This document shows positions 20,214 through 29,379 of a DNA stretch of 64,000 bases, piece by piece; the first letter of the stretch is position 1, and each line of letters begins with the position of its first letter. Under the pieces are notes generated by a model, which saw only the letters and a list, made by a program, of their open reading frames with translations, was not told the DNA's origin and did not search any database. The DNA comes from an uncultured Oscillospiraceae bacterium. GTDB taxonomy: Bacteria > Bacillota > Clostridia > Christensenellales > CAG-138. The stretch lies in contig CAZNAL010000002.1 of the NCBI GenBank assembly GCA_964571055.1, positions 1,503 through 65,502 on the forward strand, in the 5' to 3' direction. The translations under genes and the position numbers were made by a program.

Positions 20214-21178
20214 AATGGTTTGAAATTACGGTCTTTACGACGCAGGAGGGCTTGGAGGCTGTGGCCGCGCGCTTTGACGCGCTGGGCATTTCCCAAGTGC
20301 AGATGGAGGAGAGCCGCGAGAGCATAGCGGCATTCTTGGAAAGCACGGCCAAATACTGGGACTTTGCGGACGCGGACGCGCTTGCGGCGGACGCCGAGCC
20401 CTGTGTGCGCGCTTACCTTGCGGACGTGCCGGAGAACAAGGGGCGGATCGAGGAGATCGAAGCGTCCTTCACGGCGCTGCGGGGCGAGGATATAGGGCTT
20501 GACATGGGAAGTCTGCGGGTCGTAACGGGCTTGCGGGACGAGGAGGACTGGGCGAACAATTGGAAGCTCTACTATAAGCCGCTTTCGATAGGCGAGCGTT
20601 TGTTGGTATGCCCGTCATGGGAGCAGGTCGATACCAATGGAAGAACGCTGCTTTTGATGGATCCTGGCATGGCGTTCGGCACGGGTACGCACCATACGAC
20701 GCGCATGTGCCTTGGCTATTTGGATGCGTTGGTAAAAGCGGGCGATACGGTGCTTGATCTTGGCTGCGGGAGCGGTATTCTATCCATCGCGGCGCTGCTG
20801 CTGGGCGCAAAATCGGCTATCGGGGTGGATATAGACCCGATGGCGGAAAAAATCGCGCGTGAAAACGCGGAACGCAACGGCATCGACGCGGAGCGCTATA
20901 CGGTTTACGCCGGCGATGTGCTCACGGACGCAGATATGCAATCGACGCTTACAAAGCGGCAATATGACGTGGTGACGGCCAATATCGTGGCGGACGTGAT
21001 CATCGCGTTGTGTCCGCTCGTCAAAAAGGCGTTAAAGCCGGACGGCATATTCATTACCTCCGGCGTCATTGCGGACAGGCTGGAGGACGTGAAGGCGGCG
21101 CTCAACGAAAACGGCTTTCAAATCATGGATATTTGCGAATCGGAGGATTGGCGCGCGATCAAGGCAAGGCTTGCATGA
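20210..21178 (+). CDS. prmA: ribosomal protein L11 methyltransferase
   Basis: MKWFEITV...; DPGMAFGTGTHHTT; VLDLGCGSGILSIAA; ITSGV. Confidence 0.92.
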   Translation: MKWFEITVFTTQEGLEAVAARFDALGISQVQMEESRESIAAFLESTAKYWDFADADALAADAEPCVRAYLADVPENKGRIEEIEASFTALRGEDIGLDMGSLRVVTGLRDEEDWANNWKLYYKPLSIGERLLVCPSWEQVDTNGRTLLLMDPGMAFGTGTHHTTRMCLGYLDALVKAGDTVLDLGCGSGILSIAALLLGAKSAIGVDIDPMAEKIARENAERNGIDAERYTVYAGDVLTDADMQSTLTKRQYDVVTANIVADVIIALCPLVKKALKPDGIFITSGVIADRLEDVKAALNENGFQIMDICESEDWRAIKARLA

Positions 21179-21903
21179 ACCGCTTTTTTGTAGAACAAAA
21201 GGATATTGATGGGCGGCGCGCCGTGATCGGCGGCGAGGACGTATCGCATATCACGCGCGTATTGCGCTTGCGTGTGGGCGATACGCTGCTGCTTTGCGAC
21301 GGCGCCTGTACGGAATTCGAGGGAACGATCCTCTCCATCGGCAAGACCGTGGAGGTCTCGTTGGACGAAGGGAAGAGGTGCCTTGCGGAGCTTCCCTATC
21401 AGATCACGCTTTTACAGGGGCTTCCCAAGGCGGGGAAGATGGAAACGATCATCTAAAAGTGCGTGGAGCTGGGCGCATACGCGATACAGCCCGTAGCCGC
21501 CGCGCGCAGCGTTGTGCGCATGACGGAGAAGGAATTTGAAAAAAAGCGCGTTCGCTACAGCAAGGTGGCCGCGGAGGCTGCCAAGCAGTCGCGGCGCGGT
21601 ATCCTGCCCGAGGTTTACGGCCTTTTGCCGTTTGACAGAATCGATGTTTCCGCCTACGAGCTGCTTCTTGTATTGGACGAGGAGGAAAGCGCGTGCACGT
21701 TGCACGACGCTTTGCAAAGCTTGCCGCAGCGTCCCTTGCGCATCGCTGTGGCGATAGGTCCGGAGGGCGGGTTGGAGCGCGAGGAGGTCGCGCTTTTGCG
21801 CGCGCGCGGCGGTAAAACCGTCACGTTGGGGAAGCGTATTCTGCGCACCGAGACCGCCGGCATGGCGGCGCTTGCGATGCTGCAATACGCGTTGGGGGAA
21901 TGA
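21175..21903 (+). pseudogene. rsmE: 16S rRNA (uracil1498-N3)-methyltransferase RsmE, interrupted by one in-frame TAA (21454-21456)
   Basis: MNRFFVEQ... PUA-like N-domain and SPOUT C-domain (IAVAIGPEGGLEREEV...LGKRILRTETA) are in one frame. They are split only by TAA inside ...KMETII*KCVELGA..., where the family has Gln. Track ORFs 21010..21456 and 21463..21903 share this frame. Confidence 0.8.
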
Positions 21904-21904
21904 T

Positions 21905-23242
21905 ATGCGAATCGCTTACGCAACGCTAGGATGTAAGGTCAATCAATATGATACGCAAGCCATGCGGGAGCTTTTGGAAAACGCGGGGCATACGAGCGTA
22001 CCCTTCGACGAGGTCGCGGACGTCTATGTAATCAACACCTGCTCTGTTACACAGACCGGCGAAAAAAAGTCGCGGCAGATGATCGCGCGGGCACACGCGC
22101 TTGCGCCGGACGCCAAGATCGTCGTAGCGGGCTGTTACGCGCAGCGCGCCGCGAAGGAGGTATTGCTGCTCCCGGGCGTGGATTTGGCGGTGGGCACAAA
22201 GGATCGAAGCAAGATCGTTTCGCTGCTATCGATGCTGCAGGAGGAAAAAAGCGTCAACGCCGTGGGATCGCTGCGGCAGGAAGCGGCGTTTGAGGAAATG
22301 ACGGTAACGCGGGAGGGACGTACCCGCGCGCATATCAAAATACAGGAGGGGTGCGACAGGTATTGCACCTACTGTATCATTCCCTACACGCGCGGTCCCC
22401 TGCGCTCCCGCGCGCTCACGGATATACGCAGGCAGATGGAGCTGTTGGACGCGGCGGGGTATCGGGAAATCGTGCTTACGGGCATCCACCTCATGTCCTA
22501 CGGGAAGGACCTTTCGGAGGACGTAACGCTGCTCGACGCGATACGGCAATCCGAGGGACTCGATACGATACGCCGCATACGGCTTGGGTCGCTGGAGCCG
22601 CAGCTTCTTAACGACGCGTATGTATCGGAGCTGGCCGTAAATGAAAAAATCTGCAAGCAATTTCATCTTTCCCTGCAAAGCGGGAGCGAAAGCGTTTTGC
22701 AGCGCATGCACAGGCGCTATACGCCGGATGTTTATCGCGCCTGCGTACGGCTTTTGCGGCAGGCTATGCCGGATTGTGCCATAACGACGGACGTTATCGT
22801 AGGGTTTCCCGGGGAAACGGAGCGGGAATTTCAGGAGACGATGGATTTTGCATCGGAGATCGGCTTTGCCCGCATCCATGTTTTTCCGTATTCAAGGCGC
22901 GAGGGAACGCCCGCAAGCGCCATGCCGAGACAGCTTCCAAGAAGTGAAAAGACGCGGCGCGCGTCATCCCTCATCGCCTTGGGCGAGGAAATGGAAAAAG
23001 CCTATGCCGCGCGCATGCTCGGAAGCGTACATGACGTGCTGTTCGAGGATTGCGCCCAAGGGGAATGGCAGGGCTACACGGACACGTATGTGCATGTGCG
23101 CGTGCGCGACGAAGGGGAGGATTTGGCGGGACGCATCTTGCCCGTATTCGTTACAGGGCAGCAGGATAAGCATGTAACGGGCGTTCTGCATACGAAGTGC
23201 TGCGCGCAAAAGGCATGTGGTGACAGATCGTTCCCGGCGTGA
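21905..23242 (+). CDS. mtaB: tRNA (N6-threonylcarbamoyladenosine37) methylthiotransferase MtaB (radical SAM)
   Basis: MRIAYATLGCKVNQYDTQAM (UPF0004 domain); radical-SAM CDRYCTYCIIP; C-terminal TRAM-like region. Follows prmA-rsmE, as in the B. subtilis yqeT-U-V block. Confidence 0.85.
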   Translation: MRIAYATLGCKVNQYDTQAMRELLENAGHTSVPFDEVADVYVINTCSVTQTGEKKSRQMIARAHALAPDAKIVVAGCYAQRAAKEVLLLPGVDLAVGTKDRSKIVSLLSMLQEEKSVNAVGSLRQEAAFEEMTVTREGRTRAHIKIQEGCDRYCTYCIIPYTRGPLRSRALTDIRRQMELLDAAGYREIVLTGIHLMSYGKDLSEDVTLLDAIRQSEGLDTIRRIRLGSLEPQLLNDAYVSELAVNEKICKQFHLSLQSGSESVLQRMHRRYTPDVYRACVRLLRQAMPDCAITTDVIVGFPGETEREFQETMDFASEIGFARIHVFPYSRREGTPASAMPRQLPRSEKTRRASSLIALGEEMEKAYAARMLGSVHDVLFEDCAQGEWQGYTDTYVHVRVRDEGEDLAGRILPVFVTGQQDKHVTGVLHTKCCAQKACGDRSFPA

Positions 23243-23279
23243 TACTATAACGACAGGATATTATGAAGCGAAGGAGAGT

Positions 23280-23630
23280 ATGGATATGGAAAACTGTTTG
23301 TTTTGTAAAATCGCAAACGGCGAGATACCCAGTAAAAAAGCCTATGAAGACGATACGGTCTTTGCCTTTTACGACATCGAGCCGCAGGCGCCCGTGCATG
23401 TGTTGATCGTTCCCAAGAAGCATTATTCGAGCGTCATGGATGTGGAAGCCGCCGACGCTTCTCTGTTTTCTCATATGATTGGGGTCGCGCAGAAGCTGGC
23501 GAATGAGCTTGGCGTTAGCAAGGACGGCTTCCGTCTTGTCATCAATACGGGCGAAAACGGCGGGCAGTCGGTGCCGCATCTGCATATACATCTATTAGGC
23601 GGCCGCAAATTCGGCTGGCCGGCAGGTTGA
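23280..23630 (+). CDS. HIT family (histidine triad) nucleotide hydrolase
   Basis: MENCLFCKIANGEIPSKKAYEDD...; HVPHLHIHLLGG histidine triad. GAAGGAGAG RBS. Confidence 0.9.
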   Translation: MDMENCLFCKIANGEIPSKKAYEDDTVFAFYDIEPQAPVHVLIVPKKHYSSVMDVEAADASLFSHMIGVAQKLANELGVSKDGFRLVINTGENGGQSVPHLHIHLLGGRKFGWPAG

Positions 23631-23684
23631 GCAACGCGCGCATAAAAAGATGCGGCGCGGGACAAAACGCGCAAGAATTTGGTG

Positions 23685-23713
23685 TTGACTTGTTTTGACG
23701 CTTCAAGTATAAT
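23685..23713 (+). promoter_or_regulatory. strong sigma-A-type promoter for rpsU (TTGACT-17-TATAAT)
   Basis: ttgact tgttttgacgcttcaag tataat, 68 nt upstream of the rpsU ATG. Confidence 0.6.
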
Positions 23714-23780
23714 ACCAGTTGTGTTTGGAATTCTGAACACGGTATGTAAGCTGAACCGCAGCAAGAGGGGAGGGAAAGAA

Positions 23781-23951
23781 ATGGAAATTCGCGTTGGTGA
23801 AAACGAGTCCCTGGAAAGTGCTCTCAAGCGTTTCAAGCGGAAATGCGCTCGTTCTGGCGTCCTTGCGGAGGTGCGCAGGCGTGAGCATTATGAAAAGCCC
23901 AGTGTAAAGCGCAAGAAGAAAGCCGAAGCTGCAAGAAAGCGTAAGTATTAA
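23781..23951 (+). CDS. rpsU: 30S ribosomal protein S21
   Basis: [62 protein letters not shown]. Confidence 0.95.
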   Translation: MEIRVGENESLESALKRFKRKCARSGVLAEVRRREHYEKPSVKRKKKAEAARKRKY

Positions 23952-23957
23952 CAATTG

Positions 23958-23988
23958 AAACCCCGACATTTGCCGGGGTTTTTCTTTA
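23958..23988 (+). terminator. intrinsic terminator after rpsU
   Basis: AAACCCCG acatttgc CGGGGTTT followed by a T-rich run. Confidence 0.75.
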
Positions 23989-24022
23989 CCCTTTACGCAT
24001 ACCATAGCAATGGGGTGATGAT

Positions 24023-24265
24023 ATGGCGTTTATGAGCTTCTGCGATCTGCGGCGCAAGGAGGTCATCAATCTGCGGGACGGCGCGCGTCTTGGCTGCATA
24101 TGCGATCTGGAGGTGGAGGAGGGCTCGGGCTTGATCCAATCCATCGTCGTGCCGGGGCCGCCAAGGCTGTTTGGCTTACTACGCAGCGACGAGGAGCTTG
24201 TGATACCCTATTGCAAGATCAATAAAATCGGCGGCGACGTTATACTGGTGGATATAATTTTGTAG
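24023..24265 (+). CDS. YlmC/YmxH family sporulation protein (PRC-barrel)
   Basis: 80 aa. [26 protein letters not shown]...[19 protein letters not shown] is typical of the family. Confidence 0.85.
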   Translation: MAFMSFCDLRRKEVINLRDGARLGCICDLEVEEGSGLIQSIVVPGPPRLFGLLRSDEELVIPYCKINKIGGDVILVDIIL

Positions 24266-24324
24266 AAATTACCAACATATTGTGTTACAATAACCATAAT
24301 GACCGATCAGGAGGACGCACATCC

Positions 24325-24783
24325 ATGAAATGCCGCTATTGCCAAAGCACGGACAGCAAGGTCGTCGATTCAAGACCCACCGAGGATGGTACGTCCATTC
24401 GCAGACGGCGCGAATGCATAAGCTGCGGAAGACGCTTTACGACGTATGAAAAAATCGAGGAACTGCCCATCATGGTGATCAAGAAGGATGGGCGGCGGCA
24501 GCCCTTTGACAGCGAAAAGATTCTATCCGGCGTACGCAAGGCGTGCGAAAAGCGCCCCGTTCCTTCAGCCGAGATGGATAAGCTCGTGGATGACGTGGAA
24601 CGCGAGGTGTTCAATTCCCTTGAGCAGGAGATCAAAAGCGACGCGATCGGCGAGCTGGTGATGGCGCGCTTGAAGGAGCTTGACGAGGTGGCATATGTGC
24701 GCTTTGCTTCCGTATACAGGGAGTTTAAAGACATCAACACATTTATGGCGGAGCTGAAACAGCTGCTCAATGAAAACGAATAA
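24325..24783 (+). CDS. nrdR: transcriptional repressor NrdR
   Basis: [42 protein letters not shown] (zinc ribbon) plus an ATP-cone. AGGAGGA RBS. The track start at 24280 is an extension. Confidence 0.95.
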   Translation: MKCRYCQSTDSKVVDSRPTEDGTSIRRRRECISCGRRFTTYEKIEELPIMVIKKDGRRQPFDSEKILSGVRKACEKRPVPSAEMDKLVDDVEREVFNSLEQEIKSDAIGELVMARLKELDEVAYVRFASVYREFKDINTFMAELKQLLNENE

Positions 24784-24792
24784 GAAGGCGTT

Positions 24793-25635
24793 ATGTTTGA
24801 TGCTTCCAAATATGCCGCGCTCATACAGCACGGCTATCTTTTCCATAAGGGGGATCGCGGGACAAGCTGTTTGCAAGCCGCGGCGCTTTGCCTGCCCGGC
24901 GTCAGGCACGCCTTTTCCACGCGGGAAGGCGGCATAAGCCCCTCGCCCTATGATACGTTAAACCTTAGCTGGAATGAAAAGGATTGCTTTGCAAACGCTG
25001 TGGAAAACTTTCAGCGTTTTTGCGGCGACTTCGGCTTTTCTTATCCCGAGCTTACGATCATCAACTACGAGCACGGCGTTCACGTTTTGCCCGTGACGCG
25101 GGCGGATTGCGGACGCGGCTTTGAAAGAGCGCCGCTGCCCTTTTGCGACGCGCTGGTAACAAACGATCCCGGCGTAACGCTGGTCACGTCCCACGCGGAC
25201 TGCGGCGCGCTGTTTTTTTATGATCCTGTACGCCGTGCCGTCGGCATGGCGCACGCCGGATGGAAGGGGACGCTGGGACGCATAGGTCAAAAAACGGTCG
25301 AAACGATGCGCGCGTGCTACGGCTGCTCACCGGAAAATATCATCGCCGCCATCGGCCCTTGCATTTGCAGAAACTGCTTTGAGGTGGATGCGCAGCTTGC
25401 CGAGCGCTTCGCGACGGCGTTTGACGATCCCGCGATCTACAGCCCCGGCAAGCCGGGCAAGGCGCAGCTGGATTTGGCGCGCGCAGCGCTGATTCAACTG
25501 CTGGACGCGGGGATTGCGCCCGCGCATATCACCATGATGGACGCGTGTACTTATCACGAGCCGGCGCTGTTTTTCTCCTACCGGCGCGATAAGGGAAAAA
25601 CGGGCTCCATGTCCGGCTTTATCAAGCTGACGTAA
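24793..25635 (+). CDS. pgeF: peptidoglycan editing factor PgeF (YfiH/YlmD laccase-domain protein)
   Basis: HGVHVLPV...; SHADCGALFFYDP; GMAHAGWKGT; CICRNCFEV. Confidence 0.88.
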   Translation: MFDASKYAALIQHGYLFHKGDRGTSCLQAAALCLPGVRHAFSTREGGISPSPYDTLNLSWNEKDCFANAVENFQRFCGDFGFSYPELTIINYEHGVHVLPVTRADCGRGFERAPLPFCDALVTNDPGVTLVTSHADCGALFFYDPVRRAVGMAHAGWKGTLGRIGQKTVETMRACYGCSPENIIAAIGPCICRNCFEVDAQLAERFATAFDDPAIYSPGKPGKAQLDLARAALIQLLDAGIAPAHITMMDACTYHEPALFFSYRRDKGKTGSMSGFIKLT

Positions 25636-25666
25636 GAAAAACCATTCCTATATATGCGTATCGCGG

Positions 25667-25712
25667 CTCCGTTTGGTTCAAACTGAAGGTATCTGAACCG
25701 AACGGAGTTTTT
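25667..25712 (+). terminator. intrinsic terminator after pgeF
   Basis: 14-bp stem CTCCGTTTGGTTCA / TGAACCGAACGGAG (one G.U), 13-nt loop, then TTTTT. Confidence 0.8.
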
Positions 25713-25714
25713 GC

Positions 25715-26158
25715 ATGCAGCCCTATACGCTCGTTTGCCTATGCATATGGATATTAACGCTGACGACGGCCATGGAGATCCCGGCCGCCGCCACGGGCGT
25801 CAGCGTGCCGCGCTTTTTCTTTGGCACGATTCTTGTGACAGCGCTTGCGAAGGTGCAGATACAATGCGGCTTTCTCTACAGCAACGCGGCGGCCTTGCTG
25901 TGGCCTGCGTATTGGCTTTTTGCGTGCAACGGCGCGAAGCTTCGAAGACGCGTGTTTACGCCGGATATGCTGATCGTGTGCCTGCCGCCCGCGGAAGCGG
26001 CGGTACGCCTTATCATCAACGGCTGGCGGTATATGTACTTTACGTTTGAGCTTGGCGCGGACGCGCTGAATATGGAAATGACGTTGTGGGCGGTCGCGAT
26101 GCTTCTGCGCTGCGGCGCGTATCTGCTTGCGTCGCGCGGTTTGCTGCGACAGCCGTGA
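25715..26158 (+). CDS. hypothetical polytopic membrane protein
   Basis: 147 aa with about 4 hydrophobic segments and coding-like GC3. The only RBS-like element (GGAG, 7 nt upstream) is part of the pgeF terminator stem. No family recognised. Confidence 0.4.
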   Translation: MQPYTLVCLCIWILTLTTAMEIPAAATGVSVPRFFFGTILVTALAKVQIQCGFLYSNAAALLWPAYWLFACNGAKLRRRVFTPDMLIVCLPPAEAAVRLIINGWRYMYFTFELGADALNMEMTLWAVAMLLRCGAYLLASRGLLRQP

Positions 26159-26160
26159 TG

Positions 26161-26189
26161 TGATAATTCATATGTCCTCCTCATACAAT
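26161..26189 (+). promoter_or_regulatory. sigma-E-type sporulation promoter for the spoIIIA operon
   Basis: tgATAat-14 nt-CATACAAT. Compared with the B. subtilis sigma-E consensus ZHATAXX-14-CATACAHT, the -10 matches 8/8, the spacer is exact and the -35 matches 6/7. Located 28 nt upstream of the spoIIIAA ATG. Confidence 0.55.
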
Positions 26190-26216
26190 AGGAACAGAAC
26201 GAAGGAGGACAAGTGC

Positions 26217-27107
26217 ATGGAGAATGAGCGCTGGAAACGGGAGCTATATGCATATCTGCCCGAGGAAATAAGAAAAAGCCTATTATCGCTAGATGAGAAA
26301 AAAAGCGCAACACTAGAGGAGATCCGCGTGCGGGTCAATCGTCCCGTGCAGCTCATAGGCAGTGATTACGACGAGCTTTTGTGGCAGGTGCGCGTGGATG
26401 AGGCGCTGTGCGCGATTTTGCTGGAGGATTTGAGCGAACATTCCATCTATGCCTATGAGAGGGAAAGAAACCAAGGCTATTTCACCGTACGGGGCGGCTA
26501 CCGGGTCGGCGTATGCGGGCGCATGGGCTGCGGCGGAAGCATGGCGGAGGTATCCGGCTTCAACATTCGGATCGCGCGGGAATGGAAGGGTTGTGCGGAC
26601 GCGTTGATGCCGCATTTGCTCGACAAGGCGGGCGCACCGGTCTCCGCGCTGCTCCTTTCGGCGCCCGGCGTAGGGAAAACCACGATGCTCCGCGATATTG
26701 CGCGGCAATTTTCAGACGGAACCCGCGCGCGGGCGCACAAGGTCGCCGTTGCCGACGAGCGAGGCGAGATCGCGGGCTGCTATTTGGGCACGCCGCTCTT
26801 GGACGTAGGCCAGCGCACGGACGTGATGGACGGATATCCGAAGGCGCGCGCGGTCTTTATGCTCATTCGCTCCATGTCCCCATCCGTCATCATTACCGAT
26901 GAGATCGGCGGCAGCGAGGACGCGGCGGCGCTGCGCGACGCGAGCAGAAGTGGCGTCGCCGTGGTGGCGAGCGCGCACGCGGGGGGGTATGCGGCGGCTG
27001 CGGCGCAGCCGGAGCTGTCCGCCTTGCTCGATAAGGGGATGTTTTCGCGCGTGGTGGAATTGTACCGCGTCAACAGCCGGGTATGCTTTCGGGTGACGTC
27101 GGCATGA
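26217..27107 (+). CDS. spoIIIAA: stage III sporulation protein AA (ATPase)
   Basis: ...LEEIRVRVNRPVQL...; Walker A LLLSAPGVGKTTMLRDIAR; VIITDEIG. GAAGGAGGA RBS 8 nt before ATG 26217. Confidence 0.92.
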   Translation: MENERWKRELYAYLPEEIRKSLLSLDEKKSATLEEIRVRVNRPVQLIGSDYDELLWQVRVDEALCAILLEDLSEHSIYAYERERNQGYFTVRGGYRVGVCGRMGCGGSMAEVSGFNIRIAREWKGCADALMPHLLDKAGAPVSALLLSAPGVGKTTMLRDIARQFSDGTRARAHKVAVADERGEIAGCYLGTPLLDVGQRTDVMDGYPKARAVFMLIRSMSPSVIITDEIGGSEDAAALRDASRSGVAVVASAHAGGYAAAAAQPELSALLDKGMFSRVVELYRVNSRVCFRVTSA

Positions 27108-27619
27108 AGGTGCGATTGCTGCTCATGGCGGCCTCGGGCTTGCTGTGCTTTGCCTTTAGCAACGCCATAGCAGGAGAAGCGGAAGCGCGCGTGACGCTGC
27201 TGCGCGCTCTGGCGCGGGATGTTGCGCTGATGCGCGGATGGATGGCGGGAAGCCTTCCGCCGATGCAGGTGATGCTGACGCGCTTGTGCGAGGGAAGCCT
27301 TCGGCGCCTTTGGGAAAGCATGCTGGGGGAATTGGCGCGGACGGACAGTGTTGCAAAGGCGTGGAAAAGCTGTACGAGCGCGCAGCGCGGCAAAGTGTTG
27401 CAGCCATTGAGCGAGGAGGAATATCGGCTTGTGGGGGAGCTTGGCGAGCTGTTTAGCGCGTCGCGGGATCGAAAGGCACAGCTTCGGGGTATGGACGATC
27501 TGCTGCTGCGGCTGCGCGCCTGTGCGGACGAAGCGCGCGCGCAGGCGATGAAAAAGGGCCGCTTGTACCGATCGCTGGGGACTTTGGGCGGTTTGGCGCT
27601 GGCGCTAGTTATCTGCTAA
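27104..27619 (+). CDS. spoIIIAB: stage III sporulation protein AB
   Basis: ATGA overlap with AA. N-terminal TM MKVRLLLMAASGLLCFAF, helical soluble domain, C-terminal TM. Position within the operon. Confidence 0.85.
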   Translation: MKVRLLLMAASGLLCFAFSNAIAGEAEARVTLLRALARDVALMRGWMAGSLPPMQVMLTRLCEGSLRRLWESMLGELARTDSVAKAWKSCTSAQRGKVLQPLSEEEYRLVGELGELFSASRDRKAQLRGMDDLLLRLRACADEARAQAMKKGRLYRSLGTLGGLALALVIC

Positions 27620-27633
27620 AGGGGACGAGAGTG

Positions 27634-27831
27634 ATGGACATTACGATCATTTTGAAAATCGCGGGCATAGGCATTCTCGTGGCGGTGATATGCCAGCTGT
27701 TGAAACAAACGGGGCGGGATGATATGGCTATGCTGGTGACGCTTGCGGGGTTGGTGGTCACATTGATGATCGTGATCGATCTGATCGGGGGACTGTTGAA
27801 CAACGTCCGGCAGGTATTCCAGCTCTATTGA
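27634..27831 (+). CDS. spoIIIAC: stage III sporulation protein AC
   Basis: MDITIILKIAGIGILVAVICQLLKQTGRDD...; 65 aa, two TM segments. GTG 27631 is an alternative start. Confidence 0.92.
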   Translation: MDITIILKIAGIGILVAVICQLLKQTGRDDMAMLVTLAGLVVTLMIVIDLIGGLLNNVRQVFQLY

Positions 27832-27835
27832 CGTT

Positions 27836-28228
27836 ATGACGGTCGTAAAGCTGCTGGGCATAGCGCTGCTCTCCTGCGCCGCCGCCGTGATCCTTCGCGC
27901 GTACAAGCCGGAGCTCGTTATTCCTTTTGTGATCGCCGCGGGCTGCGTGCTGCTGCTTTCCGCCATGGAGGCGCTTACGGGAATATTTTCGGCACTGCGC
28001 GCGATCCTTGATCGCTTCGGTATAGACACGCGTTACATGGAGGTGGCTGTAAAGGTGATCGGCGTTGCGTATTTGGTGCAATTCGCGTCGAATATTTGTA
28101 AGGACGCGGGCGAAAGCGCGTTAAGCGGCAGGGTGGAGATGGCGGGACGCGTTTTGATCCTCTCCGTCAGCGTTCCGGTCATCTTGGATATACTTGACAT
28201 GCTTGCCAGATTTGCCGCGTACATATGA
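27836..28228 (+). CDS. spoIIIAD: stage III sporulation protein AD
   Basis: 130 aa. ...VKVIGVAYLVQFASNICKDAGESALSGRVEMAGRVLIL is the family signature. Confidence 0.92.
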   Translation: MTVVKLLGIALLSCAAAVILRAYKPELVIPFVIAAGCVLLLSAMEALTGIFSALRAILDRFGIDTRYMEVAVKVIGVAYLVQFASNICKDAGESALSGRVEMAGRVLILSVSVPVILDILDMLARFAAYI

Positions 28229-29373
28229 AGAAGCTGTATGTATGGCTATGCCTTTTCGCGCTGCTTGGGACGCCGTTTTGCGCCGCCGCGCAGGAGGAGG
28301 ATATGCTTGCGGAGACGGAAAGGCAGCTGGAAAGCTATGACCTTTCCCCGTGGCAGGAGGCGGCGTCTGCGCTTTCGGACACGCTGCGGGCGCTTTGGAA
28401 CGTTGAGTCCATCACGGACTGGATGATGGACTACGCAAACGGCACGTTCACCGTCGATTACGATGGTATGCAGAAGCAAGCAAAAGAGATTTTGGGGAAC
28501 GCTTTGCGGGAAAACGCGTTCATGATCGCGCGACTTTTTGCGATTGCGCTGCTCACGGGGGCGCTGGGGACGCTGTTTGACGATGCGCAGGGGATACGGG
28601 AGGTGCTTATGCTGTTGTGCTACGGCATGGTGGTGGCGACGGCGGCGGAATTCTTCCTGGACATCGTGCAAAGCGCGCGGGAAACCATGGCGCGGCTTAG
28701 CGAATTTGCTTCCGTGACGACGCCTGTGCTTGTTACCATGCTATCCGCCATAGGCCGCGTGACGAGCGCGGGTATGCTGCGGCCGCTGATGGCGTTTCTA
28801 AGCGGCGGCGTCATGGAGTTTTTCACATCCGCGGTGCTGCCTGTAGTGACGGCGGCGGGGCTTCTAACGATCACGGGGCATCTTACGGCGCGGCAAGAGC
28901 TCAAGCGTTTCGGCGCTCTGCTCAAATCCCTCTGTAAATGGATGATAGGCTTCGTGTTTACGGTCTACGCGGGCGTGGTGACGTTACAGGGCATGAGCGT
29001 ATCCGGTGCGGACAGCATAGCTATACGCACGGCGAAATTTACGTTGGATAAGGCTGTACCCGTGGTGGGCGGCGTTGTATCGGGCACGCTGGACACGGTG
29101 CGCGGCTGCGCGCTGCTCGTTAAGAACGCGGCGGGTGCGGCTACGGTTCTTGTGCTCATCGCCTATACGCTTAGCCCCGTATTACAGATTGCTGCGGCGG
29201 GCTTGACCTTTCGGCTGTGCGCCGCGGTGTGCGAGCCAGTTTCGGACGGACGCATCGCGGGGATGATCGCGGAAATGGGGGAGCTGTGCAATTATGTATT
29301 GGCGGCGGTGGTCGTTGTCGCGCTGATGTTTATGATACTGGCGGGGCTCGTCATGGCAATGGGAAACGGGTAG
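28225..29373 (+). CDS. spoIIIAE: stage III sporulation protein AE
   Basis: 382 aa. Signal-like N-terminus followed by a polytopic region (…AIRTAKFTLDKAVPVVGGVVSGTLDTV…). ATGA overlap with AD. Confidence 0.92.
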   Translation: MKKLYVWLCLFALLGTPFCAAAQEEDMLAETERQLESYDLSPWQEAASALSDTLRALWNVESITDWMMDYANGTFTVDYDGMQKQAKEILGNALRENAFMIARLFAIALLTGALGTLFDDAQGIREVLMLLCYGMVVATAAEFFLDIVQSARETMARLSEFASVTTPVLVTMLSAIGRVTSAGMLRPLMAFLSGGVMEFFTSAVLPVVTAAGLLTITGHLTARQELKRFGALLKSLCKWMIGFVFTVYAGVVTLQGMSVSGADSIAIRTAKFTLDKAVPVVGGVVSGTLDTVRGCALLVKNAAGAATVLVLIAYTLSPVLQIAAAGLTFRLCAAVCEPVSDGRIAGMIAEMGELCNYVLAAVVVVALMFMILAGLVMAMGNG

Positions 29374-29379
29374 CGGCTT

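Noticed and set aside
21454-21456. Possibility that TAA is reassigned (for example to Gln) in this organism
   Set aside because: TAA terminates several well-defined genes at exactly the expected C-termini (pta 11525-11527, oadG 51060-51062, ispA, ackA). The rsmE case is therefore treated as a local nonsense change or error.
24270-24285. Possible NrdR box upstream of nrdR (taccaacatattgtgt)
   Set aside because: Only about 12/16 positions match the ACACwAtATaTwGTGT consensus, with one good half-site (TTGTGT). There is no second tandem box at the usual ~31-bp phasing. The evidence is too weak to call.
25711-26049. Alternative-frame 112-aa ORF and minus-strand 145-aa ORF (25876-26313) in the pgeF-spoIIIAA gap
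   Set aside because: They have no RBS and their composition is Arg/Ala-rich. The 25715-26158 frame has better third-position GC and hydrophobic periodicity, so only that frame is listed, at low confidence.
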